Source: a virus. Taken from it: a stretch of 47,009 bases of DNA. The translations under genes and the position numbers were made by a program. The notes beneath the pieces are model-generated. The model did no database searches, was not told the DNA's origin, and saw nothing but the letters and a program-made list of their open reading frames with translations. The stretch lies in IMG/VR virus record IMGVR_UViG_2554235482_000003, positions 1-47,009 of that record; one strand, written 5' to 3'. Below are positions 1 through 9,787 of the stretch, in pieces. The number at the start of each line of letters is the position of its first letter. Position 1 is the stretch's first letter.

Positions 1-1272
1 ATGCCCGGGGAGGGCAATATACCCGAGCTTTACATGCCCGTCGCCCGTGGCACTGTCTACATGACCGACAACCCCGCCAGCGCCGTCGACACCATGGTCG
101 ACCGCCTTGAGGACGGTCACTATGACATCAGCGACGCCGACCGGGACCTCCTCCTCGACCTCGACCGGCAGATTCGCCTGCTGGGCCCCAGTGAGTTCTC
201 CGACCACCGCCACGAGTTCCTGCTGCGGCGTGGGCTCATCATCGCGAAGCGTGTCGGCGGGCTCGCCGATGGCGTCGACGACCGCGAAGCCGCGGAAGAT
301 ATCGTCCAGTGGATCAACACCGAACAGACCGGCAGTCCCGAGACGAACAAGGACTACCGCGTCGCGTTCCGCACGATCGGGAAGATCGTCACCGACGGTG
401 ACGAGTATCCGGACGCTGTCGAGTGGGTCCCCGGCGGGTATCCCGACAACTACGACCCGGCACCAAACCCCGCAACCATGCTGGACTGGGCCGACGACAT
501 CCAGCCGATGCTGGACGCCTGCCTCAACTCCCGCGACCGGGCACTGGTCGCCCTCGCATGGGATCTGGGCCCCCGCCCCGGCGAGCTCTACGACCTCACG
601 CCCGGCGATATCGTCGACCACGACTACGGCCTGCAGGTCACACTCAACGGGAAGAACGGTCGCCGGTCGCCCGTCCTCGTCCCATCGGTCCCCTATGTCC
701 GCCGATGGCTCGACGATCACCCCGGCGGCGACACCGACCCGCTGTGGTGCAAGCTCTCGTCGCCAGAGAGCATCTCGAACAACCGTGTCCGTGACGCACT
801 GAAAGACGTCGCCGACCGCGCCGGCGTCGACAAGACCGTCACGCCGACGCACTTCCGAAAGTCCTCGGCCAGCTATCTCGCCTCGCAGGGCGTCTCGCAG
901 GCCCACCTCGAAGAACACCACGGCTGGACGCGTGGATCCGACATCGCGAGCCGGTACATCGCCGTCTTCGACGACGCCAGCGAGCGGGAGATCGCCCGCG
1001 CCCACGGCCTCGATGTCGAAGCTGACGAACCCGACTCTGTCGGCCCCATCGTCTGCCCGCGCTGTGAGCAGAAGACGCCCCGGGAGAAAGACGCCTGCGT
1101 GTGGTGTGGCCAAGTCCTCTCCCAGTCCGCGGCCGAAGAGGCCGAACGCCAGCGACAGGATGCGATGGACAGCATGGTCGCCGCCGACAGCGACCTTGCC
1201 GAAGCCATCGCGACCGTCGAAGCTGAAATCGGCGACGACGTCTCCATCCGTATCGAAGGACTGGACGAGTGA
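1..1272 (+). CDS. int: Tyrosine integrase with C-terminal Zn ribbon (true start probably ATG 61)
   Basis: RPGEL (R), GKNG (K), HFRK (HxxR), HHGW, SRYI (Y); CPRC...CVWC. Confidence 0.93.
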   Translation: MPGEGNIPELYMPVARGTVYMTDNPASAVDTMVDRLEDGHYDISDADRDLLLDLDRQIRLLGPSEFSDHRHEFLLRRGLIIAKRVGGLADGVDDREAAEDIVQWINTEQTGSPETNKDYRVAFRTIGKIVTDGDEYPDAVEWVPGGYPDNYDPAPNPATMLDWADDIQPMLDACLNSRDRALVALAWDLGPRPGELYDLTPGDIVDHDYGLQVTLNGKNGRRSPVLVPSVPYVRRWLDDHPGGDTDPLWCKLSSPESISNNRVRDALKDVADRAGVDKTVTPTHFRKSSASYLASQGVSQAHLEEHHGWTRGSDIASRYIAVFDDASEREIARAHGLDVEADEPDSVGPIVCPRCEQKTPREKDACVWCGQVLSQSAAEEAERQRQDAMDSMVAADSDLAEAIATVEAEIGDDVSIRIEGLDE

Positions 1273-1273
1273 C

Positions 1274-1441
1274 TCAGACATCGTAGCCAGCCTCCCGAAG
1301 AGACGCAAGCCAGTTTTCCGCATATTCGGCGTAGGGAACGTCGCTCTCGGCGATGGTCTGCAGCTCTTCGTGGACGTTGTACAGCGTTTCGAGTCGGTCG
1401 TCGTCAGGGTCGTCAATTTGTGTATCAGCAGTTTTACTCAT
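1274..1441 (-). CDS. 55-aa acidic protein convergent on the integrase (not in ORF track)
   Basis: MSKTADTQIDDPDDDRLETLYNVHEELQTIAESDVPYAEYAENWLASLREAGYDV; TGATG overlap with upstream stop at 1441. Confidence 0.7.
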   Translation of the reverse strand: MSKTADTQIDDPDDDRLETLYNVHEELQTIAESDVPYAEYAENWLASLREAGYDV

Positions 1442-1749
1442 CAGAAATCAGCCTCCTGCAGTGACTGTTCGGGATCCTCGCGAACGTCGCGAGCGACGGC
1501 GTGAAGTTTCCCTCGGGCTCGCAGGTCCGGCGCCGGCGCGGTTACCCCCTCGAAGGAATCGCGCTGGCGCCATCGCGTGGCGAGTTCGGTGGTGATACGG
1601 CCCAGTCCCTCACACAGCGCACAGCAATTGTCGCCGTGCATGCAGTGGCCCTTCGCGTGACAGATATCGTCGATGCATTCGACGTGTTCACCGGTGCCAC
1701 CACAGCGAATGCAGTCGACCCAGTCAGCGTTGCCCCGGGTGGTGGTCAT
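1441..1749 (-). CDS. Cys/His-rich Zn-finger protein (102 aa)
   Basis: CIRCGGTG, CIDDICHAKGHCMH, CCALCEGLG; ATGA overlap at start. Confidence 0.7.
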   Translation of the reverse strand: MTTTRGNADWVDCIRCGGTGEHVECIDDICHAKGHCMHGDNCCALCEGLGRITTELATRWRQRDSFEGVTAPAPDLRARGKLHAVARDVREDPEQSLQEADF

Positions 1750-1835
1750 GGTATCGCCCCCACGATGAAGGCGGTCACGACCAGCGAGGCGAGCCCCAAG
1801 AGCAGCATCACAAGACCATGATGAACCGGCTGCAT
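1746..1835 (-). CDS. 29-aa single-TM micro-protein (not in ORF track)
   Basis: MQPVHHGLVMLLLGLASLVVTAFIVGAIP; TGATG overlap at start and ATGA overlap at end. Confidence 0.5.
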   Translation of the reverse strand: MQPVHHGLVMLLLGLASLVVTAFIVGAIP

Positions 1836-3112
1836 CAGGCCTCACCCCGGTAGCCGCTGGCGTCGGTTACCTGGTCGTACACACCGACGGTGTGACAGAA
1901 CAGGCGCGCTCTGGCTTCCCGAACGTTCAGCTCGTCAGCGACGTCGCCGAGGTAACTGAGTCCCTCACGCTGGCGTCCCTCAACTCTCTCGACGGCATCA
2001 CGGATATCCTGTGCTGTGACACCCGGCGGCAGATCTCCATCCGACTCAGTCGTGACGCCACCGTCGGCCTCGGCCTCTTGTGCACCGGCGCTGTCCTTGT
2101 CGATAGGGTCACCGACGCGGTGGTCATCTCGCTTGCTTTCGTCGACAAGTGAGTAGAGCTGTCGGCGGCCGTCATCGGGATCTGCCCGCGACTCGACGCG
2201 CCCCATCTCTTCGAGGGCGTTGAGATTCGTTGAGATAGCCTGCAAGCTCCGCTGGGTAATGTGTTTTAGCTCGGCACTGGGGAGCTCACCATGCTCGGCG
2301 AGGGCAGCGAGTACCTCCTCGCCTGTTGGCGGTAGCTCTGACAACTCGTCGTCGTCAACAGCGACTTCGACGTCGGCATCGGCCGCCTCGTCATCTGTGT
2401 CATCGGCCGTGTCAGTGGAGCCCGCCTCTTGCTCGGTGGCATCACCGTCGACGTCGAACCCGAGCCGGTCGGCATTGAACTGGACCCGCGGGAGGGAAAA
2501 CGCACGCTCGCCCCACTCGTCGGTGAGCCGGTCGATAACGATCTCGATCTGGGCGTCATCGTAACAGCCCGTGGCCGTGCCGTCGTCGTGGACCTGCTCC
2601 TCATCGGGTAGGTGGTCGACGACGAAACGTCGGGCGAGCTCCCAATCGTCGACGTCGATGATCTCGACCGGGTGCGTGGTGAGGCCGGCTTGCTCGGCGA
2701 CCCACAGGCGTTTGTGTCCTTCAACGACCTCGAAATCTTCCGTGCCGTCGACGGGGCGGACGACGGGGAACGAGCCGGTCCAGCCGTCGTTACGGACACG
2801 ATCGATGTAGCCGCAGTTCCCCTCACGGTCGAATTCGCGAACGGCGTACGGCGCTGGCTCGATGGCGTCGGGACTGACTGTCTCGATGTGACTCTTGGCC
2901 TCTAGAATCTCGATGCTATCGCAGTGGGCGACGTAGGCCGTCCCGATATCATCGTCGCGGTCCACGTTGACCGCGTCACGGAGCAGGACATGGCGGTCGT
3001 GGTGGTGCAGGCGCTCGGCCCAGCCCTCGTAGGTGGTGCCGTCGTTGCCGACGACACGGACTCGTTCACCCCGGAAGTGACCGTCGAGGGCGTCGAACAG
3101 CGGGTTGCTCAC
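1835..3112 (-). CDS. Sm-like + ParB/Srx-like + winged-HTH multidomain protein (GTG start 3112)
   Basis: RVRVVGNDGTTYEG (Sm-like); FPVVRP...FEVVEGHKRL (ParB); VLAALAEHGEL...DPDDGRRQLYSL (wHTH); GTGA overlap with upstream stop. Confidence 0.7.
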   Translation of the reverse strand: MSNPLFDALDGHFRGERVRVVGNDGTTYEGWAERLHHHDRHVLLRDAVNVDRDDDIGTAYVAHCDSIEILEAKSHIETVSPDAIEPAPYAVREFDREGNCGYIDRVRNDGWTGSFPVVRPVDGTEDFEVVEGHKRLWVAEQAGLTTHPVEIIDVDDWELARRFVVDHLPDEEQVHDDGTATGCYDDAQIEIVIDRLTDEWGERAFSLPRVQFNADRLGFDVDGDATEQEAGSTDTADDTDDEAADADVEVAVDDDELSELPPTGEEVLAALAEHGELPSAELKHITQRSLQAISTNLNALEEMGRVESRADPDDGRRQLYSLVDESKRDDHRVGDPIDKDSAGAQEAEADGGVTTESDGDLPPGVTAQDIRDAVERVEGRQREGLSYLGDVADELNVREARARLFCHTVGVYDQVTDASGYRGEA

Positions 3113-3339
3113 AGACTGAGCACCTCCCGCACTGCCGCGACGATATCTGCTGGCCGTCGACCGTGGATGTAGGGGTGTAACGTGCGATCGTAGCCGCTGT
3201 GGACGGAACAATACGAGACGTAGCAGCCTTCGGCCTGCATGTGGTTCGCAGCGGCGACGTGACGCCGGTGCATGTCCCAGAGATTAGGGCTAAGCCCGGG
3301 TCCACCCGGCCGGTTCTCGATAGCTGGCCGTCGCGTCAT
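3109..3339 (-). CDS. Hypothetical early protein (76 aa)
   Basis: ATGA/GTGA translational coupling on both sides. Confidence 0.55.
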   Translation of the reverse strand: MTRRPAIENRPGGPGLSPNLWDMHRRHVAAANHMQAEGCYVSYCSVHSGYDRTLHPYIHGRRPADIVAAVREVLSL

Positions 3340-3581
3340 GATATCCGCCTCCGAACGGTGTCGACGTGCCACCACGCGGTCATGACTGTCCAGTCGTCGT
3401 TGGCCTCCGCGCCGGTCGGGTAGCCGCCCGGCCAGACGTGGGTTGCCTCACCAGTGTCGATGAGATAGACCGTCGCGACGTGTTCACCGCGGACCCGAGC
3501 CGCAGCCTTTTCGATGGCCTCGCCGTCGTCGTCCAGGACGCCAACCTCGCCGTCGACGTCGTAGGTGTCGCCCTCAGACAT
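3336..3581 (-). CDS. Hypothetical acidic protein (81 aa)
   Basis: MSEGDTYDVDGEVG...; coupled in operon. Confidence 0.6.
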   Translation of the reverse strand: MSEGDTYDVDGEVGVLDDDGEAIEKAAARVRGEHVATVYLIDTGEATHVWPGGYPTGAEANDDWTVMTAWWHVDTVRRRIS

Positions 3582-3873
3582 CGTCGTCACCACCCTCGAA
3601 AAAGCACTCAACACAGCTGTCGAGCCAGTCGCCCTCTGGTCCGGGACAGCCAACGACGCCGTGTTGGCAGGTAGTGTCTTGGTCGCCGACGCCGGTCAGC
3701 TGGGCCGTGGTCGCGATGGCGTCGCGACGGCTCACGCCACCGTCCGTTGCAACGCGCTTGACCTCAACATCATGCCGTTCCTTGCGTTCGTGGCGCTCGG
3801 CTTCGTCGCTCGCCGACACGAGATCCTGCGCGGTCTCGGACCACGAGCAGTCCTGACAGTCAGCAACCGCCAT
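3574..3873 (-). CDS. Small Zn-finger protein
   Basis: CQDC...ERH...H, VATDGG linker, C-terminal CVEC. Confidence 0.65.
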   Translation of the reverse strand: MAVADCQDCSWSETAQDLVSASDEAERHERKERHDVEVKRVATDGGVSRRDAIATTAQLTGVGDQDTTCQHGVVGCPGPEGDWLDSCVECFFEGGDDDV

Positions 3874-4349
3874 CAGTCCGTACCTCCCTCGACCAGCGTG
3901 GCTTCGTCAGCGGTCACAGCCCGGGGCGCTCCATGGAGCAGGTCCTTCGCAGCGGACCGGGTAGCGACCTCCCGGAAGTAGGGGTCCTCGTTTTGGAGTC
4001 GGTCCAGCGACGAGTAGCCAGCGATGAAAAACCGCCCCTCATCAGGAACGTACTCGATCTCGTTGAACCCAGCGCTTGACCAGGTCACTACGACGAGGTC
4101 GCCGCCGGTGTGTTGGATGGCCCGCAGCCAGTCAATCGGGCGCGGTTCGTCGGCGGGAATCTCGCCACACAGTGCCGCCCGGACACGCTTGACCGTCTTG
4201 CGTTGGCCGTTGTCGGCCTCGTCGAGGGCGGCCAGTGCGGCGTCGGTCGCAGACTGGTCGGCCGGTAGTGGGAGCTGGTCCAGGTCCCACGAGAGGTCCT
4301 CGTTCGGTGGGTGGCTTCGCGTCGCAGGCTGGCGTGATGTGGCCGCCAT
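3873..4349 (-). CDS. Hypothetical early protein
   Basis: Acidic ORF, TGATG overlap, operon context. Confidence 0.65.
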   Translation of the reverse strand: MAATSRQPATRSHPPNEDLSWDLDQLPLPADQSATDAALAALDEADNGQRKTVKRVRAALCGEIPADEPRPIDWLRAIQHTGGDLVVVTWSSAGFNEIEYVPDEGRFFIAGYSSLDRLQNEDPYFREVATRSAAKDLLHGAPRAVTADEATLVEGGTD

Positions 4350-4679
4350 CTACGCCACCTCCTCGCCGTGCTTGCGGTCCCATTCGAACTCGTAGTCGAC
4401 CTCATCGAGTTTGTGCCGCAGCGAGGGCCGCTGGTCGCTACGACCGCCGTGTGGCTGGTCGAGGACACACTTCGTGCAGGCCGGATACAGCCGGCGGTGA
4501 CACTCCCGCCGGGTCATGTCCGCTGGATCATCGGTCGTGAGGTCGGCACAGTCCGGGTCGTCGTGATAGCAGATGTCGCCGCGGCCACTTGTCCGGACTC
4601 GGTAGACGGTGTCGTCGAGGTCGCCGTCGTCTTGCTCGATCCGATGGCGTCGTTCGTCACGGGTGATTGCGCCGGCCAT
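4350..4679 (-). CDS. Putative Zn-binding protein (109 aa)
   Basis: CYHDDPDC...CHRRLYPACTKC. Confidence 0.6.
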   Translation of the reverse strand: MAGAITRDERRHRIEQDDGDLDDTVYRVRTSGRGDICYHDDPDCADLTTDDPADMTRRECHRRLYPACTKCVLDQPHGGRSDQRPSLRHKLDEVDYEFEWDRKHGEEVA

Positions 4680-4894
4680 CAGCACCACGCCTCCCGCTCG
4701 ACCACGACGTTGCTCTTGATCCATTCCTCGGACTCAGTCGTCGCGACCGTGACGTTCGCGAACGCAGTGAGCTGGATGTCGGCCGTCGGCGCGAGCAGCA
4801 CACCGGTCGGGTCCTCGATACAGGCCATCTCCTCTGGCAGGGTGTGCTGGCGTTCGCGGGCCCGGCGCTGGGCGCGCGCGGAGGCTTCCGACAT
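4679..4894 (-). CDS. Hypothetical protein (71 aa)
   Basis: TGATG coupling both sides. Confidence 0.55.
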   Translation of the reverse strand: MSEASARAQRRARERQHTLPEEMACIEDPTGVLLAPTADIQLTAFANVTVATTESEEWIKSNVVVEREAWC

Positions 4895-5271
4895 CAGTCG
4901 TCACCCCACGAGCCACGGAACGTCTCCTCGACGGTCACATGCACGGACACGTCGACGCCGTCGGCCGCCGAGTGTCGCGCCGCGCGTTCGAGGTCATCCG
5001 CGAGCGTGCGGAGTTTCGAGGCGGCCTCGATGCGGGTGTCCGCAGTAGTGTCGTTATCGAGGTGGTCGTCGGCAGTGTTATCGGCCTGTGGGCCAGCGGT
5101 GCTAGTGGAGGGACAGGCCCCTATCTGAGTCCTCTCCGGGTGACTCGCGTCTTCGCGCGAGTCCGTTTTCTGAGTGCTTCTGTGTTCTGGAGTATCACGA
5201 CCGTCTGCACGGTCGACTATGCCGCTCTCGTTGGGCTCACTTTTATGAGCCCGATGTCCGTCTTTGTTCAT
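4894..5271 (-). CDS. First gene of leftward early operon, hypothetical (start uncertain)
   Basis: C-terminal EAASKLRTLADDLE...VSVHVTVEE looks folded; ATG 5271 is a plausible start. Confidence 0.5.
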   Translation of the reverse strand: MNKDGHRAHKSEPNESGIVDRADGRDTPEHRSTQKTDSREDASHPERTQIGACPSTSTAGPQADNTADDHLDNDTTADTRIEAASKLRTLADDLERAARHSAADGVDVSVHVTVEETFRGSWGDD

Positions 5272-5399
5272 GCTCGGAAACCTCATGCTGAGGTTCGACC
5301 CGAGCCCGGCGTAGTACCAGTACGCCGGCCTTTCGTGGGCCGGAAGGCCCGGGTCAAATAACTCTTGAGTTGCCCGATTAATAGTTCTTGCTGTGAGAC

Positions 5400-5472
5400 T
5401 CACAGCAAATAACCTATAACTAGGTACAGATTTATACAGTCAGTGTCCGTATAGGTGCTTACCGGAATCACT
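5400..5472. promoter_or_regulatory. Divergent promoter/operator region of immunity switch 1
   Basis: TTTATA box at ~5431; ACCTATA (5412-5418) / TATAGGT (5450-5456) inverted repeat; ACCTA-TAAC-TAGGT palindrome. Confidence 0.5.
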
Positions 5473-5769
5473 ATGAGTTTCACAGCGCGACAGTGCAACG
5501 TGGTTAGACAACGTGCAGAGTGGATGCGCCCCGTTGATGAACACATCTTGGAGACGATGCGTGACGAGGGCAACATGACACCTGATGCGTTGGAAAACAC
5601 ATTCGACGTGACTGTCGCCAACTACGCCAGTAACCGGCTCTCGGAGCTGGCAAAGTATGGACTTGTCGAGCGGTTGGGAACTGGCCTGTACCGACTCACC
5701 GACGACGGTCGGGCCTTTCTTGACGAGGAACTCGACGCCAGCACGCTCGACCCCGTCGACGAGTCCTGA
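5473..5769 (+). CDS. PhiH1-repressor-like winged-helix protein
   Basis: WMRPVDEHILETMRDEGNMTP...RLSELAKYGLVERLGTGLYRLTDDGRAFL; divergent from early operon. Confidence 0.8.
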   Translation: MSFTARQCNVVRQRAEWMRPVDEHILETMRDEGNMTPDALENTFDVTVANYASNRLSELAKYGLVERLGTGLYRLTDDGRAFLDEELDASTLDPVDES

Positions 5770-5774
5770 CATTC

Positions 5775-6017
5775 TCACGCGGGCTGTGCTATCAGCGATA
5801 GCTCATCTTCCAGCCAGTCGGGCGTCTCGATATCGGCGAGTTCTCCATCGCGGTACGTGCTCTCGACGTCCATCTCGCCGGACAGACTGACTTGGCAGAT
5901 CCAGCGCCGGCCATCGGGGTGCGTGACCTTCAGTCGGTGGCCGTCCTCGCTGCGGCCCTGCTGGCGCACCTCAACTTCGTTGCCGGCGTAGTCCCGGATA
6001 CTCATTTTCTGTGGCAT
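5775..6017 (-). CDS. Hypothetical protein (80 aa)
   Basis: Acidic ORF with TA-rich upstream promoter-like segment. Confidence 0.6.
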   Translation of the reverse strand: MPQKMSIRDYAGNEVEVRQQGRSEDGHRLKVTHPDGRRWICQVSLSGEMDVESTYRDGELADIETPDWLEDELSLIAQPA

Positions 6018-6617
6018 ACACGCTACACCGAGGGGTGGATATTGCTTAAAAAGGTGCTAGATGTCCGAATAATCTGCTGGAGCGTGTCATACAATAGTTC
6101 TCAACAGTTATTATCCATGACACCAATATTGAATAAAACTAATAACTGACGAAGATACGGGCTTATGCGCGAAATGAAAACTGTATAATCGCAGGTAGAG
6201 GGTGTGAGATGTATTCTATGATACGCTGTGTTGTGTTGAATAGCGCCTCCTAAGCCACGGTGAGGCAGCGCCGGTTCTGAGATTGCTGGCACTAGCCCCT
6301 GACAAGTCGACTCAAATTTCTACTGTCCTAACCAGCACCGCTATTCAACACAGCAGAATAACCGGGCCGTGCTCCTTGCGCTGTGTCTCCGGATTGTCGT
6401 TGCAATCGACAATTTCGCGCGGGGAGATAATCCGGTCCGTGAGAAACTCACGCTATGAGACAGATTCTATGACAGGCTCCATCCAATTGGCCCTTTCTGA
6501 CCAGCCATACTATGCTGTAGAACGACACACGATAAGAATGGTTGCGTAATTCAGCCAGCCTACTTCTTTTACGATGGTTTGATAAGACGAGACGGTAGAG
6601 TTGAAGCAACTTCGTAT

Positions 6618-9600
6618 ATGAGCGTTCAGGAAACTGAAGACATTGACAAGGACGCCATACAGGAGTTGGTAGACGGCTACCAATCTCATTCTCCCCACGA
6701 GCGGAAGCAAATGAAGGAAGCCACCGTCCGACAGCAGTTCATCAATCCCCTTCTTCGAGCGCTCGGATGGGATACGACGACAGACCAAGTGAAACCTGAA
6801 CAGCGGACACTTGTCGGAGAAGCCGACTACGCATTGAGTCTCAATGGACGTGAACAGTTCTTCATTGAGGCAAAGTCGTTCTCGGAAGACCTCGACGGGA
6901 GTCGTCGGGTGAGCAGTGACGAAACACAGCCCTATGCCGAACAAGCGATAGACTACGCATGGCACCAAGGGTGTGATTGGGCTGTCCTGACCAACTTCGA
7001 TGAACTCCGACTCTACTTTACGCACGTCAGCAAGGACAACCTTGAAACTGGTCTGGTATTCACTCTTTCAGCGGATGAGTACACATCTGAAGACGGGTTC
7101 GAACGACTGGCAAATCTCTCTAAAGCCGCTGTTGCGGACGGGTCACTTGACCGACTGGAAAGAACACGAGAGCGTGATACAGTCACCGAAGAGATTCTGA
7201 ACGTCCTATCAGAAGCACGTCGTCGCCTCACACAGGACGTACACAACTCTCACCCTGACCTGTCGATGGACGAACTTCGAGACAGCGTACAGAGAATTTT
7301 AGACCGGGTAGTAGTCATGCGTGTCGCGGAAGACCGTGGTGTGATACCCGCAGATACGTTACTGAATATGGCCGAGTCGTGGGAACAGACCACGATTAAT
7401 CCAGACGTGCGGACACTGGTTCGTGACCTGAAAAACGCGTTCCGTGATTTCGATTCAGTCTACAACTCCGAGTTGTTTGCGGAACACCCATGCGAAGATT
7501 ACGAAATCTCAAACGACGTACTGTTAGATACTATCGACTCGCTGTACGACTACAACTTCTCGTATATAGATGCTGACGTACTCGGGAACATCTACGAGGA
7601 CTATCTCGGTCACGCTATTGATGATAAATCCGAGGACTTGGAACTGGTCGAACATCCGGATGAACGTCAAGAAGAAGGCATCTACTATACGCCAGTTCCG
7701 GTGGTTGAATACATCGTTGAGAGCGTATTGGGCGACCGACTTGACGCTATAATGGCAAACGTTCGAAGAGAGTTGGAAGGCAACGAGCCAGATTTTGAAG
7801 CCGCCCGTGACGAGTTCAACGCTATCGAGGGCATTACTGTCTTGGACGTGTCATGTGGGAGTGGCAGTTTCCTGATTAAGTCATTCGACCTACTGGTAGA
7901 CGCTTACGAGGAGTTCCGGTCACTGGTTCGGTCGGTAAACGGAGATATGGGCATACATGAGTATTCAGCCGCCCAAACAGTACCGTCCGACTACAAGCGA
8001 CACATCCTTCGGAACAATATTTTCGGAGTGGACTTGGACTATCAGGCGACCGAAATTGCCACGGTAAATCTGTTATTGAAAGCACTGGAAAAGAACGAAA
8101 AACTACCAGCGATACTCGAAGACAACATTCGCACCGGAAACAGCCTGCTGAACGGGTCGCCCGAGGAAGTGGCGGATATTCTCGATATTACCGTAGAGGA
8201 AGCCGAAGAGATGGGTGCGTTTGAATGGGAAAAAGAGTTCGACCACATCTTTGAGGAACGAGGGGGCTTCGACGTGATTGTCGGCAATCCGCCGTGGGGT
8301 GCAGAAATGGGCGGATACGACGCGTGGTTGGAAAGTGAGAGGGGATACGAACTGGCTGAGGGCCAATACGACTCGTATGAGCTCTTTTTAGAATTAGGAG
8401 AAGATGTGTTAGCAGAGGGTGGGACACTCGGTTTCATAGTTCCTGACAGCCTGCTAAACAAGAATACATTGCCTCTCCGTCAGTGGTTGGTTGAAAACCA
8501 GCGAGTAAATCAGGTTTTCAAACTTGGTGAGGGTATATTTGATAATGTCTATGCTGGAACTGCTATCGTTCAGTACACAAATGAATCCCCTACAGATGAA
8601 CACGAGGCGAGGGTTGGGCTGATACAAAAATCCGACCGGCAACGGATGATGGGTAGCGGTGGTGAGGCTCTTTCAAGTATTTTAGAAAATAGAAAGAATG
8701 TCACGAAGCAACGGCGGTTTGCGGAAGATGACGAATATCAAATCGCTGTCTGGGCAGGCGAAGAAGACTATGAAATTCTGGATATAATGGAAGCGAACAC
8801 CGTTGCATGGGATGATGTAATCGACAACGGTCGGGGCGACGAGATCGGTCGAGAAGGGAATGTCATGAAATGTCCTTATTGTATGGAGTGGGATACATTC
8901 CCACGCAAACGGGCAGAAAGCAAAGGGGGTGGCTACTACGACAAGACCTGTTCACATTGCGGAGAAGAATACGAGTTTGAGGAAGCAATTAGCACTCGAA
9001 AAATCATCCAAGAAGAGCCGACAGAGGACTGTGATACTCCAGTCTACTTTGGCGAACACGTCAATCGCTACCGGATGAGTGACCGCGCATATATCGACGA
9101 AGGTGTTGATGGTGTAGGATTGAAAGATAATTGGCGATATGAGCCGCCGAAACTGCTTATTCGGCAGGCGAGCGTTGGCTTCTTCACTACCGTCGATTAC
9201 TCTGACGCTCGGTGTCTTCAGGCAGTCTTCTCGTTCCGGCCCAAGGACGACCGAGAGGAACCGTTCAGTAACTACGACATTGAATACTTCCTTGGCTTCC
9301 TGAACTCACGGGCTATGCTCTACTACTACTCGAAGACTCAAGGTATCGTAGAGTGGCAATCGTATCCACGCCACACGCAGACAGATATTATGTCGCTCCC
9401 TATCCCGGTTGTTGATTTTGACGACCCTGATGAGAGAGAAGCCTATGACAAGTTCGTAAACTTGGTCAAAAATGCCACCAGTGACGATGAACAAATAGAC
9501 GAGGACTTGGATTGGGAAATTGAGCGTGCGGCGTTAGACCTATACGATATTCCAGACGAGAAACGGCCTCGAATCTGGAACGAACTCAAGAAACTTCAGC

Positions 9601-9650
9601 GTCTCCGGATTATCCGAGAACTATTTCCGGACGCTGGCGAAGACGACTAA
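6618..9650 (+). CDS. Type IIG (Eco57I/TaqI-C-like) restriction-modification enzyme, m6A MTase + nuclease + TRD
   Basis: ADY...FIEAK nuclease motif; YYTP; LDVSCGSGSFL (motif I); VIVGNPPW (motif IV); KLLIRQ TRD-like region. Confidence 0.9.
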   Translation: MSVQETEDIDKDAIQELVDGYQSHSPHERKQMKEATVRQQFINPLLRALGWDTTTDQVKPEQRTLVGEADYALSLNGREQFFIEAKSFSEDLDGSRRVSSDETQPYAEQAIDYAWHQGCDWAVLTNFDELRLYFTHVSKDNLETGLVFTLSADEYTSEDGFERLANLSKAAVADGSLDRLERTRERDTVTEEILNVLSEARRRLTQDVHNSHPDLSMDELRDSVQRILDRVVVMRVAEDRGVIPADTLLNMAESWEQTTINPDVRTLVRDLKNAFRDFDSVYNSELFAEHPCEDYEISNDVLLDTIDSLYDYNFSYIDADVLGNIYEDYLGHAIDDKSEDLELVEHPDERQEEGIYYTPVPVVEYIVESVLGDRLDAIMANVRRELEGNEPDFEAARDEFNAIEGITVLDVSCGSGSFLIKSFDLLVDAYEEFRSLVRSVNGDMGIHEYSAAQTVPSDYKRHILRNNIFGVDLDYQATEIATVNLLLKALEKNEKLPAILEDNIRTGNSLLNGSPEEVADILDITVEEAEEMGAFEWEKEFDHIFEERGGFDVIVGNPPWGAEMGGYDAWLESERGYELAEGQYDSYELFLELGEDVLAEGGTLGFIVPDSLLNKNTLPLRQWLVENQRVNQVFKLGEGIFDNVYAGTAIVQYTNESPTDEHEARVGLIQKSDRQRMMGSGGEALSSILENRKNVTKQRRFAEDDEYQIAVWAGEEDYEILDIMEANTVAWDDVIDNGRGDEIGREGNVMKCPYCMEWDTFPRKRAESKGGGYYDKTCSHCGEEYEFEEAISTRKIIQEEPTEDCDTPVYFGEHVNRYRMSDRAYIDEGVDGVGLKDNWRYEPPKLLIRQASVGFFTTVDYSDARCLQAVFSFRPKDDREEPFSNYDIEYFLGFLNSRAMLYYYSKTQGIVEWQSYPRHTQTDIMSLPIPVVDFDDPDEREAYDKFVNLVKNATSDDEQIDEDLDWEIERAALDLYDIPDEKRPRIWNELKKLQRLRIIRELFPDAGEDD

Positions 9651-9719
9651 TTTCACTCTCGACTACGGTCAACCGTCTTGGCCCCACGAGCCGACCCGAC
9701 CATCAGACCGCTTCCACAA

Positions 9720-9752
9720 CACGCTGGCAAAGACTACTACGAAGAACTCCTC
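9720..9752 (+). pseudogene. Possible remnant of a DUF6884-like gene
   Basis: Startless frame reads HAGKDYYEELL, resembling a motif recalled from haloarchaeal DUF6884-type proteins. Confidence 0.3.
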
Positions 9753-9787
9753 TCACCCAGCGGTCTGAGAAAACCCCCGCACAGCAA

